A DNA stretch of 63,983 nucleotides, the filler included, from Choristocarpus tenellus KU-1152 (Eukaryota > Protista > Phaeophyceae), in the NCBI GenBank assembly GCA_964200185.2. It is 13 parts of 13 records of this genome, joined end to end, with 100 filler letters (N's around TTAATTAATTAA, not from the genome) between each part and the next. Parts side by side here need not be neighbours in the genome. Positions count along the whole stretch, not along the records: positions 60,469 to 63,983 come from CAXNAD020019513.1; 12 more parts are not named here. One strand, 5' to 3'. The first letter of the stretch is position 1; each line of letters opens with the position of its first letter. The position numbers and the translations under genes are program-made. The notes beneath the pieces are model-generated. The model was not told the origin of the DNA. It ran no database searches and was given only the letters and a program-made list of their open reading frames with translations. Of this stretch, positions 61,890 through 63,983 are shown in pieces.

Positions 61890-63983
61890 TGTTCCAATAA
61901 TTTTCACCCGCCTTCATAGAGTCAGACTTTGGACCGGGGTTTCTTTGTGTAATGGTTTTACATACAAGTCGGGGTATCTGATAAATTCGGTCTTTCTGTG
62001 GTTCTGTTGTATTCTCTTGAATGATTTTCCTTACTTGGTTTCTATTGTGGTAACATGTTTTGTTGCCTTCATATTTCTTGATTTCCATAAATTACAACCC
62101 CTGCAACTTATCAGAAAGCATAATTATATATTGGAATATTGTGTAGAAGCTATCTTGATGGCGAAAAAGGCGAGGAACTACGTTTGAAGAAAAAAATAGA
62201 GCTGGAGATGGTACCCCACATGGAATTGGGTACTTCATCTCTGACGGGTCACAAAACCAGACGTCAGCACCTCCTATTTATTCTTGGTGTCGCAATGTTT
62301 TAATATTGTTGTGAAATTGGAGGGTAATATTACAGGAGATACGAAATGCCGTACTGTAGTATAGATTGTACGTTGGTTGTACGTGGGACGTTGACTATAC
62401 GTGTGGAAAATATAGGAAGAGGGGACTCGTGATGGTCTGTCATTGTCAATTTGTGCAATGAGCGTGTGAATTCAGATGCCCAAAAAACTGTCCCCATCCC
62501 CCGTCACCAACGATGGTGAGTTGATTACATAAATATTTATTTTGCGTAGGGGGTTGAGGACGTCACGTTGGAAAAAGGAGCGATTCTGTTTATCTCGTAA
62601 TTTGTTCAGCTTTCCCTCGTCGATTGTCCACTTTGACAGAGCCGTTAAGGGACGGATAAAATGCACTTTTGTTAATGTCCATGATTGAGGTAATAGTCGG
62701 GAAGGTAAGGGGAAATATATTGTGTGTCATGAGCATATTTTTGTTTGCCATCATCATTATTGTTATTGCCATCATCATTACCATCTCATTAGTCTGAGAC
62801 ATCCCAGACCCCTGGTCGAAAACTTAGTCCAATGAAGGCATAAATAAGACACTGCCGAAGCAAAGGCAACAAGGATATGCAGGAGAAGCTCAGATGTTAA
62901 CTGACCTCAAAAATGTAGGCTCTGACAGAGTGAATGATGTCCTCCAACAGAGCACATCATTCTTAAATGTAGAAATCGACGATGAGGATAATAGAAGTCT
63001 TGTAGGAGTCTCTGGTGCATGTCACACCCACACCCACGTACGTACAGACCAATTGCATGCGACTCTCCATGACCCATGTTAAAATTCCCACCCAGATTTA
63101 ACCCTACATGTATATATCCAGGGCTAGGCTCCCTGCAATGAACACTTTATTCGGGTAGTAGTATTTTGCAGCTTTAGCTCTGTACATGCTTGCAATCCCT
63201 ATGAGGAGATATTCACATTACAACACGGGGGATTTTTGTTGTTTTGCACTCCATACACATGTGTATCGGAAGAGATCTCAATTTTAGCATTATACAAAGA
63301 AAGGGGTGTCAGGAGGAACGATTTGATATGAAATAGGGGTATAGATACTCTGGAACTATGTGTATATACTCCGGAGTAGTAGGTAGTTACATACTGGAAT
63401 CCCTGTGGCACAAAATACAGCCAAGAAGGGGAGTTTCTTTGTTCATGAAAATTAACGGACACAGCATCCCGAAACGACGTCAATATGGAGTTTGGGGCCA
63501 GGAAGATGACATGATCGAGAATTGGAGATAGCAGTGCCCACCCTTGATGAAAATGGGAGGAAAACATCGTACCCCCTAGTGTAGAAGACAATGTATAAGA
63601 TTTGAGAGCTCAAGTTACCAAGAACGAAAGTGGGGAACCATAACCCCCTGTTCTTGTGTACTTCGGGCGTTTTGTATAGACAATGAAGGAACAACACGAA
63701 CCCACCAGCGTTCTCTATGCGTTCTCTGATGTGCGTCTAGTTTGTTTAAAGTCTGTTTAGAGAGAACTAGGTAATTGTTCCGTGTGTACTGTTCAATTAG
63801 ACTCTTCCAACTCTATTGGACAGTTACGGTAAAATATGTACGGAGTAAAGTAACAATCAATTAGTGGTTGAGTTATCAGAACCTTTTACTAGTGATTAGT
63901 TGTACAGTACCTACCCCGATTTTGGGCCAAATGTTATGAACCAAATCGAAAAATATGCAATTTTGTACCGCTTGTTTCGACAT

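Overview
Eukaryotic nuclear DNA, not prokaryotic. The window is 13 short contigs joined by 12 artificial 100-bp linkers (N44-TTAATTAATTAA-N44), so neighbouring segments cannot be assumed to be linked. Spliced genes with short exons and long GT-AG introns, a signal peptide plus ASAFAP-like plastid presequence, and TTAGGG repeats suggest a photosynthetic stramenopile, probably a brown alga or relative (inference). Host genes reconstructed by hand: a 6-exon, 5'-truncated PP2C phosphatase (-), four exons of a HUWE1/UPL1-like HECT E3 N-terminal region (-), the 3' end of a single-pass membrane protein (+), one GNAT acetyltransferase exon (-), the first exon of a plastid-targeted protein (-), and a few orphan exons. 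The rest is mostly decayed transposons: gypsy, copia, RTE LINE, hAT, a DD39D-like mariner and a long-insert IS630/Tc1/mariner transposase. There are also at least four dispersed non-autonomous TIR families. The most distinctive signal is a ~255-bp MITE family (9 copies, GAG...CTC termini) that appears to make both 4-bp and 3-bp target-site duplications. It also sits in alternating orientation around two symmetric exons of the PP2C gene. I found no intact novel multi-gene system, CRISPR array, RNA gene or TnpB/Fanzor. Most ORFs in the supplied track are spurious.
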